Origin: an uncultured Pseudomonadota bacterium
GTDB lineage: Bacteria; Pseudomonadota; Alphaproteobacteria; RF32; CAG-239
Assembly: GCA_949292335.1 (NCBI GenBank)
Contig: CASEYY010000015.1
Span: 11,981-75,980 of the forward strand
Length of the DNA: 64,000 nt
Reading direction: 5' to 3'
The notes under the pieces are model-generated. The model saw only the letters and a program-made list of their open reading frames with translations. It made no database searches and was not told the origin of the DNA. Made by a program: the position numbers and the translations under genes. Each line of letters starts with the position of its first letter. Positions within the stretch are counted from its first letter, which is position 1. Below, one piece after another: positions 1-8,995 of the stretch.

Positions 1-744
1 AGCAGTTTCGAAGTTTTCTGCTTCTCCTTTATCAAGGTCTTTGGGCTTAATTTCTTTAAGGTTTGAATCAACAACACCAAGCAAGCCTTCGTGAACCACG
101 GCGGAAGAATTTTTCTGCGGAGAGTAGACTTTGTTGATTAAGCCATAAGGGAAAAGAGTAACCGACTTGCCGGAATTATTTTCGACAATCTGCTCAACAT
201 TAAACATATAGTTTTTATCAAGCGAGATTCGCCGCACGAATTTCAATCCTTGTCCGTTGTTCCATTCCAGAGTAATCGGAGTTTCTGGTGTTAATTTTGA
301 GCCGACGAGCTTCCAGTTGGTTTGTGCATCCGGAAGTTTTATATTCGGATTGTTACTGAGCCAGCCAAATTCGGCATAATAAGGATTTGCGGTTTTTGCC
401 GGAGTTAAAAGACGCACATCCGGACTGTCGTGGGCTATGGTTTCTTTATATTTATTAAGGAGCAAATCATCAAATCTGGCACCTTTAAGTCTGATAGAGC
501 CAACGATACTGGCATTGGCAATATCAACGCGTTTGTCTTCATGTAGAGCCTTATCGGCAGATAAAACGGCGTCTTTTTCGGCTTCTGCAGTTTTAGCTTC
601 CGCAATTTTGGGCTGGGTTTCGGTAACCGCTTCCGGCACATCCACGGTCGGCTGTTTGCTTTCCGGCCACAACCAATTAACTGCCAAGATGGCAATGGTA
701 GAAAGAATGATAGCGGTATAAAGTCCTTTAATTTCGTCTTTCAT
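1..744 (-). CDS. yidC: Membrane protein insertase YidC, N-terminal part (gene continues past window start)
   Basis: Minus-strand frame is open to the window edge, with ATG at 742-744. It reads MKDEIKGLYTAIILSTIAILAVNWLW (TM), then ...IVGSIRLKGARFDDLLLNKYKETI...PYYAEFGW..., a typical YidC periplasmic N-domain. It sits in the conserved rpmH-rnpA-yidD-yidC order. It is absent from the ORF track because it is truncated. Confidence 0.85.
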   Translation of the reverse strand, partial: MKDEIKGLYTAIILSTIAILAVNWLWPESKQPTVDVPEAVTETQPKIAEAKTAEAEKDAVLSADKALHEDKRVDIANASIVGSIRLKGARFDDLLLNKYKETIAHDSPDVRLLTPAKTANPYYAEFGWLSNNPNIKLPDAQTNWKLVGSKLTPETPITLEWNNGQGLKFVRRISLDKNYMFNVEQIVENNSGKSVTLFPYGLINKVYSPQKNSSAVVHEGLLGVVDSNLKEIKPKDLDKGEAENFETA

Positions 745-828
745 CTTATTCACAAAACCTTAATTGAAATTAGCAAATTTGGTAAAATTTATTACAAAAT
801 AGGTATTTAAGCAAGGATATATAAACAA

Positions 829-1059
829 TTATCCGTTTTTATTTTTCGGCGGTACCGGATCATAACCGCTTCCGCCCCAAGGGTGACAACGCAAGATTCG
901 TTTTATGCCCAATATAGAACCTTTAATTACGCCGTGCACCTGCAAAGCTTCAATAAAATATTCCGAGCAAGAAGGTTTATAACGGCAAACATTCGGCAAC
1001 AGCGGCGAGATGATTTTTTGATAAAATTTTATGGCGGCGATCATAAGTTTTTTAATCAT
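829..1059 (-). CDS. yidD: Membrane protein insertion efficiency factor YidD
   Basis: 76 aa with [15 protein letters not shown]...[17 protein letters not shown], the YidD signature. It overlaps the rnpA stop by 4 nt. Confidence 0.9.
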   Translation of the reverse strand: MIKKLMIAAIKFYQKIISPLLPNVCRYKPSCSEYFIEALQVHGVIKGSILGIKRILRCHPWGGSGYDPVPPKNKNG

Positions 1060-1424
1060 TTTGCCTCATTTTTCGTAGCGATTTGGTTGTTTATGTCTTT
1101 GATTGCCTCGGTTAATTTTTTTGTCAGGTAGGCAAAATTCAAATCTGCGGTATTATGTCTGCCGATAAGGACATATTTGGTACCGGCTACGGCATAAACG
1201 GGTAATACGGCACGGGCGGCGGCACGCAACCTGCGTTTTACGCGGTTACGGATATGAGCCTTACCGAGCTTTTTGGTTGCGGTATATCCGACATAACAGA
1301 TATTTTGGTTATTATCGCCGGGCAAAGAAGAAGCCGCCTGAACGACAACACCGTTAACAACGGCTTTTAGTTCACTGGCGGCTTTAAGAAAATCTCTACG
1401 TTTCTTTATTGTAAAAACCTTCAT
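1056..1424 (-). CDS. rnpA: Ribonuclease P protein component
   Basis: Basic ~122-aa protein ([15 protein letters not shown]...[17 protein letters not shown]) directly downstream of rpmH. I chose the internal ATG at 1422-1424, because the 155-aa ORF in the track would overlap rpmH. Confidence 0.85.
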   Translation of the reverse strand: MKVFTIKKRRDFLKAASELKAVVNGVVVQAASSLPGDNNQNICYVGYTATKKLGKAHIRNRVKRRLRAAARAVLPVYAVAGTKYVLIGRHNTADLNFAYLTKKLTEAIKDINNQIATKNEAK

Positions 1425-1434
1425 TTTGCACTTA

Positions 1435-1569
1435 TTAAGCAGAAAGTTTTTTACGATTATGAGCACGACGAGCAGCCAACACTTTGCGACCGCCGGCGGT
1501 AGCCATGCGAGCACGAAAACCATGACGGCGAGCTCTGACCAATTTAGAAGGTTGATATGTGCGTTTCAT
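1435..1569 (-). CDS. rpmH: 50S ribosomal protein L34
   Basis: Hand translation of the minus strand gives [44 protein letters not shown], 44 aa. This is too short for the ORF track. Confidence 0.95.
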   Translation of the reverse strand: MKRTYQPSKLVRARRHGFRARMATAGGRKVLAARRAHNRKKLSA

Positions 1570-1670
1570 ATTTTTTCTCCGGTTAATTATAGTTATTTAA
1601 AGCTCCGGTAAAACGAGCCGGAGTCCTCGGACAAGAGCTTTATAAAGCCAAAAGGCCATTCTGTCAACAC

Positions 1671-2411
1671 CTAAATTGTCTCGCCGTTACGCAAGATTTT
1701 TTCGGCATAATCGGAGTAAGAACCGTCATCATTGTGAACCGGAATCGCCGGATGAATCAAAAGCGGAGCTTTAGAATCTTTTTGAGCCCGAATAATAATC
1801 CTTTTGGCGTTTTGCTCTGGTTTTGAATAAAGCGGAAAAATCTCGATTCCGCCGAGTTTTCCGCTGATTGCGGTTATTATATCTTCCAAAGCTTCGGTTC
1901 GATTGATGATGTAGAAATAACCCTTTGGTTTAATCATTTTAATGCAAAACTCAATCCATTTTTTTAATGATGTATTGGCAAAATTATGAGCGGTTGCTTT
2001 GCTTTGGTTAGGAGAGGGCATATCATCTTCGGCATAAGGCGGGTTGGTAATAACATGAGCAAATGAGCAGGGAGTAAGGGAAGATTTGAAAATGTTGTCG
2101 TTTATGATATTGACAAAGTCAAAATTATTGGCGGCAATGCTCATCTGTGCGGCCTCGGCCAAAAGCGGTTGAATTTCAATTCCGGTTATTTTAATTTCCT
2201 GTGATTTAAATCTATGTGCCACACACAAAGTTATTGCACCGGTGCCGCAGCCGACATCAAGAATATTATCGCCTTTTCTGACTTTAGCCAAAGCCGCCGC
2301 CAACCATACGGCATCAGAGGATGCCCGATACCCGTCGTCAGGTTGAAAGATAGTAACTTTGTGGTCAAGCAGATAATTTTGGCTGAAGTTTCCCATTATA
2401 GCTACTTCCAT
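1671..2411 (-). CDS. SAM-dependent methyltransferase, TrmN6/YfiC-like (N6-adenine, NPPY type)
   Basis: SAM motif I is ILDVGCGTGAI and the catalytic motif is ITNPPYAED. Size is ~240 aa. The start may be the internal MGNFSQ. Confidence 0.65.
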   Translation of the reverse strand: MEVAIMGNFSQNYLLDHKVTIFQPDDGYRASSDAVWLAAALAKVRKGDNILDVGCGTGAITLCVAHRFKSQEIKITGIEIQPLLAEAAQMSIAANNFDFVNIINDNIFKSSLTPCSFAHVITNPPYAEDDMPSPNQSKATAHNFANTSLKKWIEFCIKMIKPKGYFYIINRTEALEDIITAISGKLGGIEIFPLYSKPEQNAKRIIIRAQKDSKAPLLIHPAIPVHNDDGSYSDYAEKILRNGETI

Positions 2412-3139
2412 TCGATAACGGCACGGGCGAGCTCGCGTTCGTTGTCTGAATCATAGGTACGAATGCTGTGGTAAGATTTAAGGCCGTCCATTTTCGTGGT
2501 TACCATTATTTTTTCGCCCATATAACCTTCTTTACGGAAATTAATTTCAATTTTGGCGGGGTTGTGAGCCAAGCGAAATTCCGATTCCACAGCCTCACAA
2601 GCCCATAAGATATATACGGCATTATTGATATGTTTATTTAAGTCGATATCATCAAATCTGACCCGAAATTTGAATTGGCTGTTACCCTCGACCACTTCGG
2701 CAATTTTGGGGAAGTCAGTATTGACGGCTCTTTCGCTGATAGGCATATGCAGGGGCATATTTTCTTCAACCGAAATCGGCCGCCATCTTTTGAGGTCAAT
2801 CAACACCCACTGGCTCGAAGCTTTAATTATGGATTCTCCGTTTTCGCCGAACACTTCAAAATCACGATAAGCGGAAAGCTTATTTTTGGCGGAAGGCCAA
2901 GTTTCTATGGTGATGTTTTCGTGAATTTTCGGCAATCTGGAAATTTCCAAAGCATAACTTGAGCCGACCCAAGTCATGCCGTTATCAATGCAAAACTGTA
3001 GGCCGAAACCTCTTTGTGCGGCGTCCACATCGGCCATATCCTGTAAGATATTCATAAGGGTAAGGATTCGCAGGTTATTGTTGCGGTCGCACTCATAAGA
3101 GCGAATATTATATTGTTTTGAATATTTACCTTCTTGCAT
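2402..3139 (-). CDS. Acyl-ACP thioesterase family protein
   Basis: 245 aa with two hot-dog-like halves. DIDLNKHINNAVYILW resembles the D-x-N-x-H-V-N-N motif of acyl-ACP thioesterases. Confidence 0.6.
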   Translation of the reverse strand: MQEGKYSKQYNIRSYECDRNNNLRILTLMNILQDMADVDAAQRGFGLQFCIDNGMTWVGSSYALEISRLPKIHENITIETWPSAKNKLSAYRDFEVFGENGESIIKASSQWVLIDLKRWRPISVEENMPLHMPISERAVNTDFPKIAEVVEGNSQFKFRVRFDDIDLNKHINNAVYILWACEAVESEFRLAHNPAKIEINFRKEGYMGEKIMVTTKMDGLKSYHSIRTYDSDNERELARAVIEWK

Positions 3140-4618
3140 TTACTTTCTCCGTTTACAGAGCATCATTTCAAATTTTTGTACGGTACGGCGGCGACTAAAA
3201 GTTCGTTTAAGAAAGCCGATTCCCGAAGTGGCTTTTTGCCAAACTTCTGCCAGAGCCAAATCATCTTTTGCCACCATCCACACTGCCGGTTGTTTTGATA
3301 GCAGAGTATATTGATTCTTGTCAAGTTTGTAGAGGTAATTATTTTTCGGTATTGGGTTAATCATGTTTATTTTTAGGAGCTCGGCCAACGGGCGAAAACT
3401 CTCTGCCACAAAGCAAGGACAATGGGTCGGAATAAAGACGGCGTTTGGTAAAAGCTTGGCGATATGATTCCAGTCTTCGACAAAACCGTGGCCTGCACCT
3501 TGCAGGATGGGGAACTCTTTAACGGTAATAAATTTAATATTACGGGCGTTCATTTGCCCTTTAAGCGGATTAAAGAAAGTTTTTGCGGTAATCAAAGCAA
3601 AAGAATCCTTGTTCCGAGCCTCAAAGATATTGCCGATATCATTAAAGACGCCGATTACCATATAATTATCGTCGAGCTCATCCATTTCCGGCGACGGGGC
3701 ATAGAGAAGTTTTATTTTTCCTTTAGCCATTTTGGCAAAATCAACACCGTATTTGTTCATTTGTTTAAGGTAGTCATAAAAATCTTCATTACCGAAGAAT
3801 ATGATATTTTTTCGGAGCTTAAGAGCGGTTAAAAAGGCCAAAATATACATATCGGCGTGGGTTGGATAAACCGGAAAGAAGATTTTATTTTTTTGCGATT
3901 TTTTGATGATTTTGACCAAGCTCTTCAAGACATCGGACTCGCGAAAAGCAAAACCGTCATTATCGATTCCGCAAAAATCGGCCACCACATAATCAATATC
4001 ATCGGCCAGCTCGGCGATTCTTTTTAAGTTTGTAGGTTTGCGGAAATATGTTGTTTGGTCGATTTTCATATCGCCGGAGTGATATACGGTGGTAACACCG
4101 TCGGAGATAATAAAGCCAAAACAGTCAAAACTGGTATGAGAGGCAGCTAATACTTCAATTTTCATTTTACCGAATTTGAAGCAATCCCCGTCGTTTATAA
4201 TAACGAAGGTAGGCCGCAAGATTTTGCCGATTTGGTAATATTCGTAGAGGTTATCCAAAATCATTTTGGTATATTTACCACCATAAACGGTGGGCAATTT
4301 ATATCCGGCTCTGATGTAGTGGATGATACCGTTTAGGTGATCGGGGTGGGAATGAGTGATGAATATTGCTTTAAGGTTTAAGGATTCGTCGGTTAAGAGG
4401 TTTCTTATATCCGGCACGGCGGCGACGGAGTTTTTAATCCCCAAGGCCTGATGGTTATCAAATTTTCCCAAATCGACGATTACGGAAGTTTTTTTAAGGT
4501 CTTGTTTAATATTTTGGTGAACGCAGGTATATTGATAGCAGTGTCCGCTAATCTGGTCTATATTGTTGCCGCCCAAGGGACGCCAATACAGACCAGAATT
4601 AAACAAAGACGCATTCAT
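3140..4618 (-). CDS. MBL-fold metallo-hydrolase, RNase J-like
   Basis: Contains FITHSHPDHLNGI (HxHxDH), ...VYGG..., ASHTSFD and HSGDMKID, matching the RNase J pattern HTGDFKFD. The C-terminus has a GAGHG motif. Confidence 0.55.
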   Translation of the reverse strand: MNASLFNSGLYWRPLGGNNIDQISGHCYQYTCVHQNIKQDLKKTSVIVDLGKFDNHQALGIKNSVAAVPDIRNLLTDESLNLKAIFITHSHPDHLNGIIHYIRAGYKLPTVYGGKYTKMILDNLYEYYQIGKILRPTFVIINDGDCFKFGKMKIEVLAASHTSFDCFGFIISDGVTTVYHSGDMKIDQTTYFRKPTNLKRIAELADDIDYVVADFCGIDNDGFAFRESDVLKSLVKIIKKSQKNKIFFPVYPTHADMYILAFLTALKLRKNIIFFGNEDFYDYLKQMNKYGVDFAKMAKGKIKLLYAPSPEMDELDDNYMVIGVFNDIGNIFEARNKDSFALITAKTFFNPLKGQMNARNIKFITVKEFPILQGAGHGFVEDWNHIAKLLPNAVFIPTHCPCFVAESFRPLAELLKINMINPIPKNNYLYKLDKNQYTLLSKQPAVWMVAKDDLALAEVWQKATSGIGFLKRTFSRRRTVQKFEMMLCKRRK

Positions 4619-4634
4619 GAATCAACCTGTAAAG

Positions 4635-5369
4635 TTAGAGTTGACGAGCCTTTTTCAAATGATACTCGGCCAATTTGGCTTCCCGCCAGGCGTTAGCTTT
4701 AGCGGCGGTGTTCGCCTCGATTTTATTTTTTCCGAGATTAATGACTTTATTTTTATCAAGTTTTCTCGGAGCGGTCAGTTTTACGGTATTGTTTTCGAGC
4801 GAAGCCTGAACGATACCTTTATATGCTTTAGATAATTTCTGGGCATATTTTTTAGCTTTTTTAGGTAAGCTTGAATGGTAAGCCGTAGCGGCTTTATTCC
4901 AGTCATTATCTTTTTGTTTATAGAGTTTTTTCAGGAACTTTGCACCATATTCGACATTCCGGTACGGATTAAAGGCCTGATCCAAATTTTCGAAAGCATC
5001 GGGGTGGTAGGCCAAATTGATTTGCATACATCCGACATCGATACTTTTAACGCCTTTTGCCTGCAATTCTTTGACTGCGGCAATAGCCTCCTGCTTAGTT
5101 TCAAAGAAACGCCCTTTACCTTGAGCGTTAACGGTCCACGGCCAAGCCGTATTGCGTTGCTTTTGCTGATTCCATCTACCGGATTCAACATTGGTAATAG
5201 TAGAGAGCAGGTGTTTTTTAATTTGGTATTTTTCTTCAAACTGCTGAGCCGCTACTGTGCAAACTTCCGTATCATCAACGAATTTAGGGTACTCGGAAGC
5301 TTCCACCGGCTGAATAAACATCAGCAAGAATAACAAAAACATCAAAAATTTTGATACGAAAAGTCGCAT
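4635..5369 (-). CDS. Secreted lytic transglycosylase (SLT domain)
   Basis: Signal peptide (MRLFVSKFLMFLLFLLMFIQPVEA), then TNVESGRW...AWPWTVNAQGKG...GCMQINL..H and AYHS, which are typical SLT family motifs. Confidence 0.7.
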   Translation of the reverse strand: MRLFVSKFLMFLLFLLMFIQPVEASEYPKFVDDTEVCTVAAQQFEEKYQIKKHLLSTITNVESGRWNQQKQRNTAWPWTVNAQGKGRFFETKQEAIAAVKELQAKGVKSIDVGCMQINLAYHPDAFENLDQAFNPYRNVEYGAKFLKKLYKQKDNDWNKAATAYHSSLPKKAKKYAQKLSKAYKGIVQASLENNTVKLTAPRKLDKNKVINLGKNKIEANTAAKANAWREAKLAEYHLKKARQL

Positions 5370-5595
5370 CCCTCTGTTCCCTTAAGTTTGCCACAAATAT
5401 CCCTTATGCAACAACTGTGCCAATTTCAATTTGCTTAACGGCGATAGATGTTAACTTAAAAAAACATCAAAACTTAAGGTTAAGTTAGCCAAAACTTTCA
5501 AGGGTGGCAAAGGCCGCAACAAAAACCTCAAAAGCCATAATTCGCTTATCAAAAGTTAACGAATTATTAACACACAAGGGTAATTTATACCATAA

Positions 5596-6480
5596 TTAAA
5601 TTTTAAAATCCAGTAAAAAATTAGCCAAACTGGTGACAGAATTGCTGACATGGGAGCTAACAGATTGAAAATTAGCATTTTTTTGGTAAGAAGCCTCGTC
5701 CATATACAAGCTACGATTTATTTCGAGCTGCAAGGTGAATATTTTTTTTCGCGGTTGGCAATAATTAAAGGTTATAAAGGCACCGGCGTACGGACGGTTA
5801 AACTCGGCACGGAAGTTATCCTCAGATAGTGATTGGAAAATTTTCTGCGATATTTCATCGGGACAACTTTCGCCGAAGAGGTTGCATACGCAAAAGTCCA
5901 AAGCATTGGATTCGTTCATGATGTTGCAGATCATTGACGGCATGGAATGGCAGTCAATAAGTAAGCAAAATCCAAACTTTCTGACGCATTTATCCACCAG
6001 TTGTTTAAGTTTTTTGTGATATGGTTCATAGACATTTTTGATTCGCTCACCGGCTTCGTTGTAATCGAGTTTACCGTCATAAATATTTTTGTTGGGATAG
6101 ACAATGCGGTGCAAGACGCCGAGCCCTACGCGGCAACGTCGAGAATTTATATCCGAGGTTTGCGGAGGATTAAAGAACATTGTATCGTCAATTTCGATTT
6201 TATCGCGATTAACATCAACAAAAGTTCTGGGAATATTAAGGCTAAGCATGGGGATACCGGTATTTGAGGCCGGCATAAACAGTTCGGTAACGAAAGCATC
6301 TTCGGAAATTCTGAGTTCATGTTCGGTCAAGACGGAATTATCCAAAAACTCCTTAGGGAAGGAGCGACCGGCATGGGGCGAAGACAAGACAATCGGGAAC
6401 TTTGGATCTTTGGTATTATATTCGTCAAAGATCTTAAGTTTGCCGTAATCCACCGAAAAGCTCAAATTTTTATCACTCAT
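5596..6480 (-). CDS. N-formylglutamate amidohydrolase family protein
   Basis: LSSPHAGRSFP, DVNRD and LIDCHSMP motifs match the FGase (HutG-like) family. Confidence 0.7.
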   Translation of the reverse strand: MSDKNLSFSVDYGKLKIFDEYNTKDPKFPIVLSSPHAGRSFPKEFLDNSVLTEHELRISEDAFVTELFMPASNTGIPMLSLNIPRTFVDVNRDKIEIDDTMFFNPPQTSDINSRRCRVGLGVLHRIVYPNKNIYDGKLDYNEAGERIKNVYEPYHKKLKQLVDKCVRKFGFCLLIDCHSMPSMICNIMNESNALDFCVCNLFGESCPDEISQKIFQSLSEDNFRAEFNRPYAGAFITFNYCQPRKKIFTLQLEINRSLYMDEASYQKNANFQSVSSHVSNSVTSLANFLLDFKI

Positions 6481-6687
6481 ACAAACATCTCACAATAAGC
6501 TGATCAGATATAGTAAGATAATCCAAAAACCTTAAATATTCGCTAATGATAATAAAAAAGTTCTTGCAATTAGATTTGATATATATTATCAAATCTAGAC
6601 ATCACGGGTGGTTAATACAAAGCGTCAGAGCTTATGAGCCAGAACAGGCTTGCCTGCGACCGAATTATTAAGGTTTTTCATTTATAT

Positions 6688-6735
6688 GGGTGTGTAGCTC
6701 AGGTGGCCAGTCGCGTTACGTTGACATCGTAGAGG
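6688..6735 (+). pseudogene. Truncated 5' fragment of tRNA-Val (part of a 250-nt-offset tandem duplication)
   Basis: GGGTGTGTAGCTCAGGTGG...TTACGTTGACATCGTAGAGG matches the 5' two-thirds of the downstream tRNA. The D-arm is corrupted (CCAGTCGCG vs TTAGAGCG) and there is no T-arm or acceptor 3' strand. Confidence 0.6.
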
Positions 6736-6937
6736 CTTGAGGCGGAAAACAGCTCCGGTGGAGCGGTTTTCAACGAAAGGCGAGAGTTTGTTGGTTTATG
6801 AGCCAGCTTTAGTGCCGCGAAATAAACGCTACAAACCGAGTGACCGCAGCGAGTTAGCTTTTGACGCATAAGCGTCAAAGCTTATGAGCCAGAACAGGCT
6901 TGCCTGCGACCGAATTATTAAGGTTTTTCATTTATAT

Positions 6938-7014
6938 GGGTGTGTAGCTCAGGTGGTTAGAGCGTTACGTTGACATCGTAGAGGTCGCAGGTTCGAGTCC
7001 TGCCACTCCCACCA
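6938..7014 (+). tRNA. tRNA-Val (anticodon GAC), CCA encoded
   Basis: Hand-folded cloverleaf: acceptor GGGTGTG/CACTCCC (one T-T mismatch), D-arm GCTC/GAGC, anticodon stem TTACG/CGTAG with loop TTGACAT, T-arm GCAGG-TTCGAGT-CCTGC, then ACCA. Confidence 0.9.
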
Positions 7015-7024
7015 ATTTCATAAA

Positions 7025-7051
7025 AGCCGGAACTAAGTTTCCGGCTTTTTT
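7025..7051 (+). terminator. Rho-independent terminator after tRNA-Val
   Basis: AGCCGGAA-CTAAGT-TTCCGGCT hairpin followed by TTTTTT. Confidence 0.7.
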
Positions 7052-7145
7052 ACATTCTGTTATATCAAAACATTAAATATGAGCTTGCCAACCAAAGCAA
7101 AAGTTTTTAGTATAAGCGGCGGTCTGAAACAAACGAGGAAAATGG

Positions 7146-7937
7146 ATGAAAATAGGGGTTTTTGATTCCGGTTTGGGCGGCTTGGTTATCACCAAGTCGT
7201 TTGTAGAAGCCATGCCCGAATATGATTATGTATACTATGGCGACACGGCTCATTTACCTTATGGCGAGAAGACTTCCGGACAAATTTTATCCTATAGCAT
7301 AGAGGCGATAAAATATCTGATTTCGCAAAAATGCGGCATTATCATAATTGCCTGTAACACGGCGACATCCATAGCCTTAAGATATTTGCAACAGCGGTTT
7401 ATTCCCGAATATGCTCCCGATATCAAAGTATTAGGTGTGGTGATTCCGACAGTTGAAGAAGCCTTGAGTGACAATGCCCGCAGAGTTGGTGTTTTAGCCA
7501 CTCAAGCCACGGTTCGTTCGCACATTTACCAAACCGAATTAAAGAAGATAAGGTCAGATTTAGAAGTTTTTGAAACTGCGGCACCCGAGCTGGTTCCGGC
7601 GATTGAGGGCAATGATTTTGCTTTAGCCGCAAGCAAGGCACAAGAGTATGCCCAAAGCTTTTCCGAGATAGATTCGTTAATATTGGGTTGTACGCATTAT
7701 CCGCTGTTAAAGCAGGCGATTCGTCAAGCTTTACCGGAGCGGGTTAAAGTGGTTTCACAAGATGAGTTGATGGGAGCAAAGTTAAAAGACTATCTGTCTC
7801 GGCACTTAGAGATTGATATATGTTTAAGTCGGGGTGGCAGTTTGCGAATTTTGGTGAGCAAATTAGACGAGCATTATAAGCAAACGGCGATAAAGTTATT
7901 TCCTGAGGTTGAGGTAGAAGAGAGGTCAAATGCGTAA
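7146..7937 (+). CDS. murI: Glutamate racemase
   Basis: GVFDSGLGGL, ACNTA and GCTHYP motifs; 263 aa. Confidence 0.9.
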   Translation: MKIGVFDSGLGGLVITKSFVEAMPEYDYVYYGDTAHLPYGEKTSGQILSYSIEAIKYLISQKCGIIIIACNTATSIALRYLQQRFIPEYAPDIKVLGVVIPTVEEALSDNARRVGVLATQATVRSHIYQTELKKIRSDLEVFETAAPELVPAIEGNDFALAASKAQEYAQSFSEIDSLILGCTHYPLLKQAIRQALPERVKVVSQDELMGAKLKDYLSRHLEIDICLSRGGSLRILVSKLDEHYKQTAIKLFPEVEVEERSNA

Positions 7938-8505
7938 AGATTTTTACATATTTCGCCATGGTGAGACCGACTATAATAAGGAAGGTCGGTGGCAAGGTTG
8001 CGGAGTAGATTTACCATTGAATGCGACCGGAGTTAATCAGGCCGAAGTTTTAGCCGAGAAGTTAAAGCCTCTGGGACTGGAGGTAATATATTCGTCGCCG
8101 TTGCAGAGGGCTTTGGAAACCGCACAGATAGCGGCGGCACCGCAAAATCTAAAAGTAATACCTCTGCCGGAGCTACGCGAGGGTTGTTTAGGTGTTTGCG
8201 AGGGGATGTTGAGAGTAGATATTGCCGCCCGCTATCCAAAGTTGTGGCAAGAATGGTATGGAGATGAGAATAAGCTTGACACCAGATGGCCGGGAGGCGA
8301 GAGCAAGCTTGAGATGCAACAGCGGATGTTTAAGGGTTTTGAGAAGATGGTTCAAGGCAAAGGAAATGTAATTGGGGTAGCTTCTCACAGTGGGTCGATG
8401 CGATATTTTTTACTAGCTTTTGGCTATGGTCCGCACAAGATGCCCAACACTTCGTTATTTCACATTGTGTGGGAAGACGGCAAGTGGAGTCTTAATCAGG
8501 GTTAG
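7930..8505 (+). CDS. Histidine phosphatase family protein (GpmB/CobC-like)
   Basis: N-terminal FRHGETDYN (RHG motif) and a later SH motif (ASHSG). It overlaps the murI stop by 8 nt. Confidence 0.75.
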   Translation: MRKDFYIFRHGETDYNKEGRWQGCGVDLPLNATGVNQAEVLAEKLKPLGLEVIYSSPLQRALETAQIAAAPQNLKVIPLPELREGCLGVCEGMLRVDIAARYPKLWQEWYGDENKLDTRWPGGESKLEMQQRMFKGFEKMVQGKGNVIGVASHSGSMRYFLLAFGYGPHKMPNTSLFHIVWEDGKWSLNQG

Positions 8506-8548
8506 AGTGATTATGGGATTTTGTCATCCTTGTGGGGTATTTTTTTAG

Positions 8549-8995
8549 TGTCATTCTCGGGCGGTGTTTTTTTATGTCATTCTCGGGCTTGACCCGAGAA
8601 TCTAATAAGTTTTAGGCACTGTCATTCTCGGGCTTGACCCGAGAATCTCTTGAGTTTTAAGCACCGTCATTCTCGGGCTTGTCCCGAGAATCTCTTGAGT
8701 TTTAGGCACTGTCATTCTCGGGCTTGTCCCGAGAATCTAGTAAACAATATGAGACCCTCGGAACAAGTCCGAGGGTGACGAGTTGTGGTGTCCGAGGGTG
8801 ACGGTAAAAACAAATGTCATTCTCGGGCTTGTCCCGAGAATCTAATTAAGGAGTCATTTTTTATGAGACCCTCGGAACAAGTCCGAGGGTGACAACATAG
8901 AATAGACCCTCGGAACAAGTCCGAGGGTGACGAGTTGTGGTGTCCGAGGGTGACGGTAAAAGCAAATGTCATTCTCGGGCTTGACCCGAGAATCT
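8549..8995. repeat. Cluster of REP-like palindromic elements (two related unit types)
   Basis: Unit A is GTCATTCTCGGGCTTG(A/T)CCCGAGAATCT (9-bp stem, 5-nt loop), at about 8576, 8621, 8666, 8711, 8816 and 8968. Unit B is GA(G/-)ACCCTCGGAACAAGTCCGAGGGTGAC, at about 8751, 8865 and 8903, and resembles the reverse complement of A. Half-units are also present. Confidence 0.85.

Noticed and set aside
435-721. ORF-track entries 435-695(-) and 437-721(+)
   Set aside because: Both are out-of-frame or antisense to the YidC reading frame, which shows clear family motifs across this interval.
1056-1523. 155-aa version of the rnpA ORF and the 1426-1611 plus-strand ORF
   Set aside because: The long N-terminal extension overlaps the clearly real rpmH gene on the same strand. 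The plus-strand ORF is antisense to rpmH. The internal ATG at 1424 gives a normal-size RnpA.
1-2500. Replication origin expected near rpmH-rnpA-yidC
   Set aside because: No dnaA or dnaN gene is present, and I saw no cluster of TTATCCACA-like boxes in the flanking intergenic regions. Upstream of rpmH is a co-directional methyltransferase gene.
4635-5369. SLT lytic transglycosylase as the missing VirB1 of the T4SS
   Set aside because: It is more than 20 kb from the virB genes, sits in a housekeeping context on the opposite side of the tRNA, and resembles the general alphaproteobacterial SLT family. No linkage can be argued from this window.
6621-7051. tRNA-Val as the attachment site of an integrated element carrying the pil/virB genes
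   Set aside because: The duplicated segment is the 5' part plus promoter, not the 3' end. No integrase is adjacent. Ordinary genes (murI, phosphatase, patatin) lie between the tRNA and the pilus operon, and housekeeping genes interrupt the secretion genes.
8549-8995. Repeat-spacer-like pattern that could be mistaken for a CRISPR array
   Set aside because: The units are themselves long perfect palindromes and occur in two orientations and types. Spacing is irregular (about 17-75 nt). The 'spacers' partly repeat one another (for example CTTGAGTTTTAGGCACT). No cas genes or leader are nearby. It fits REP-like elements instead.
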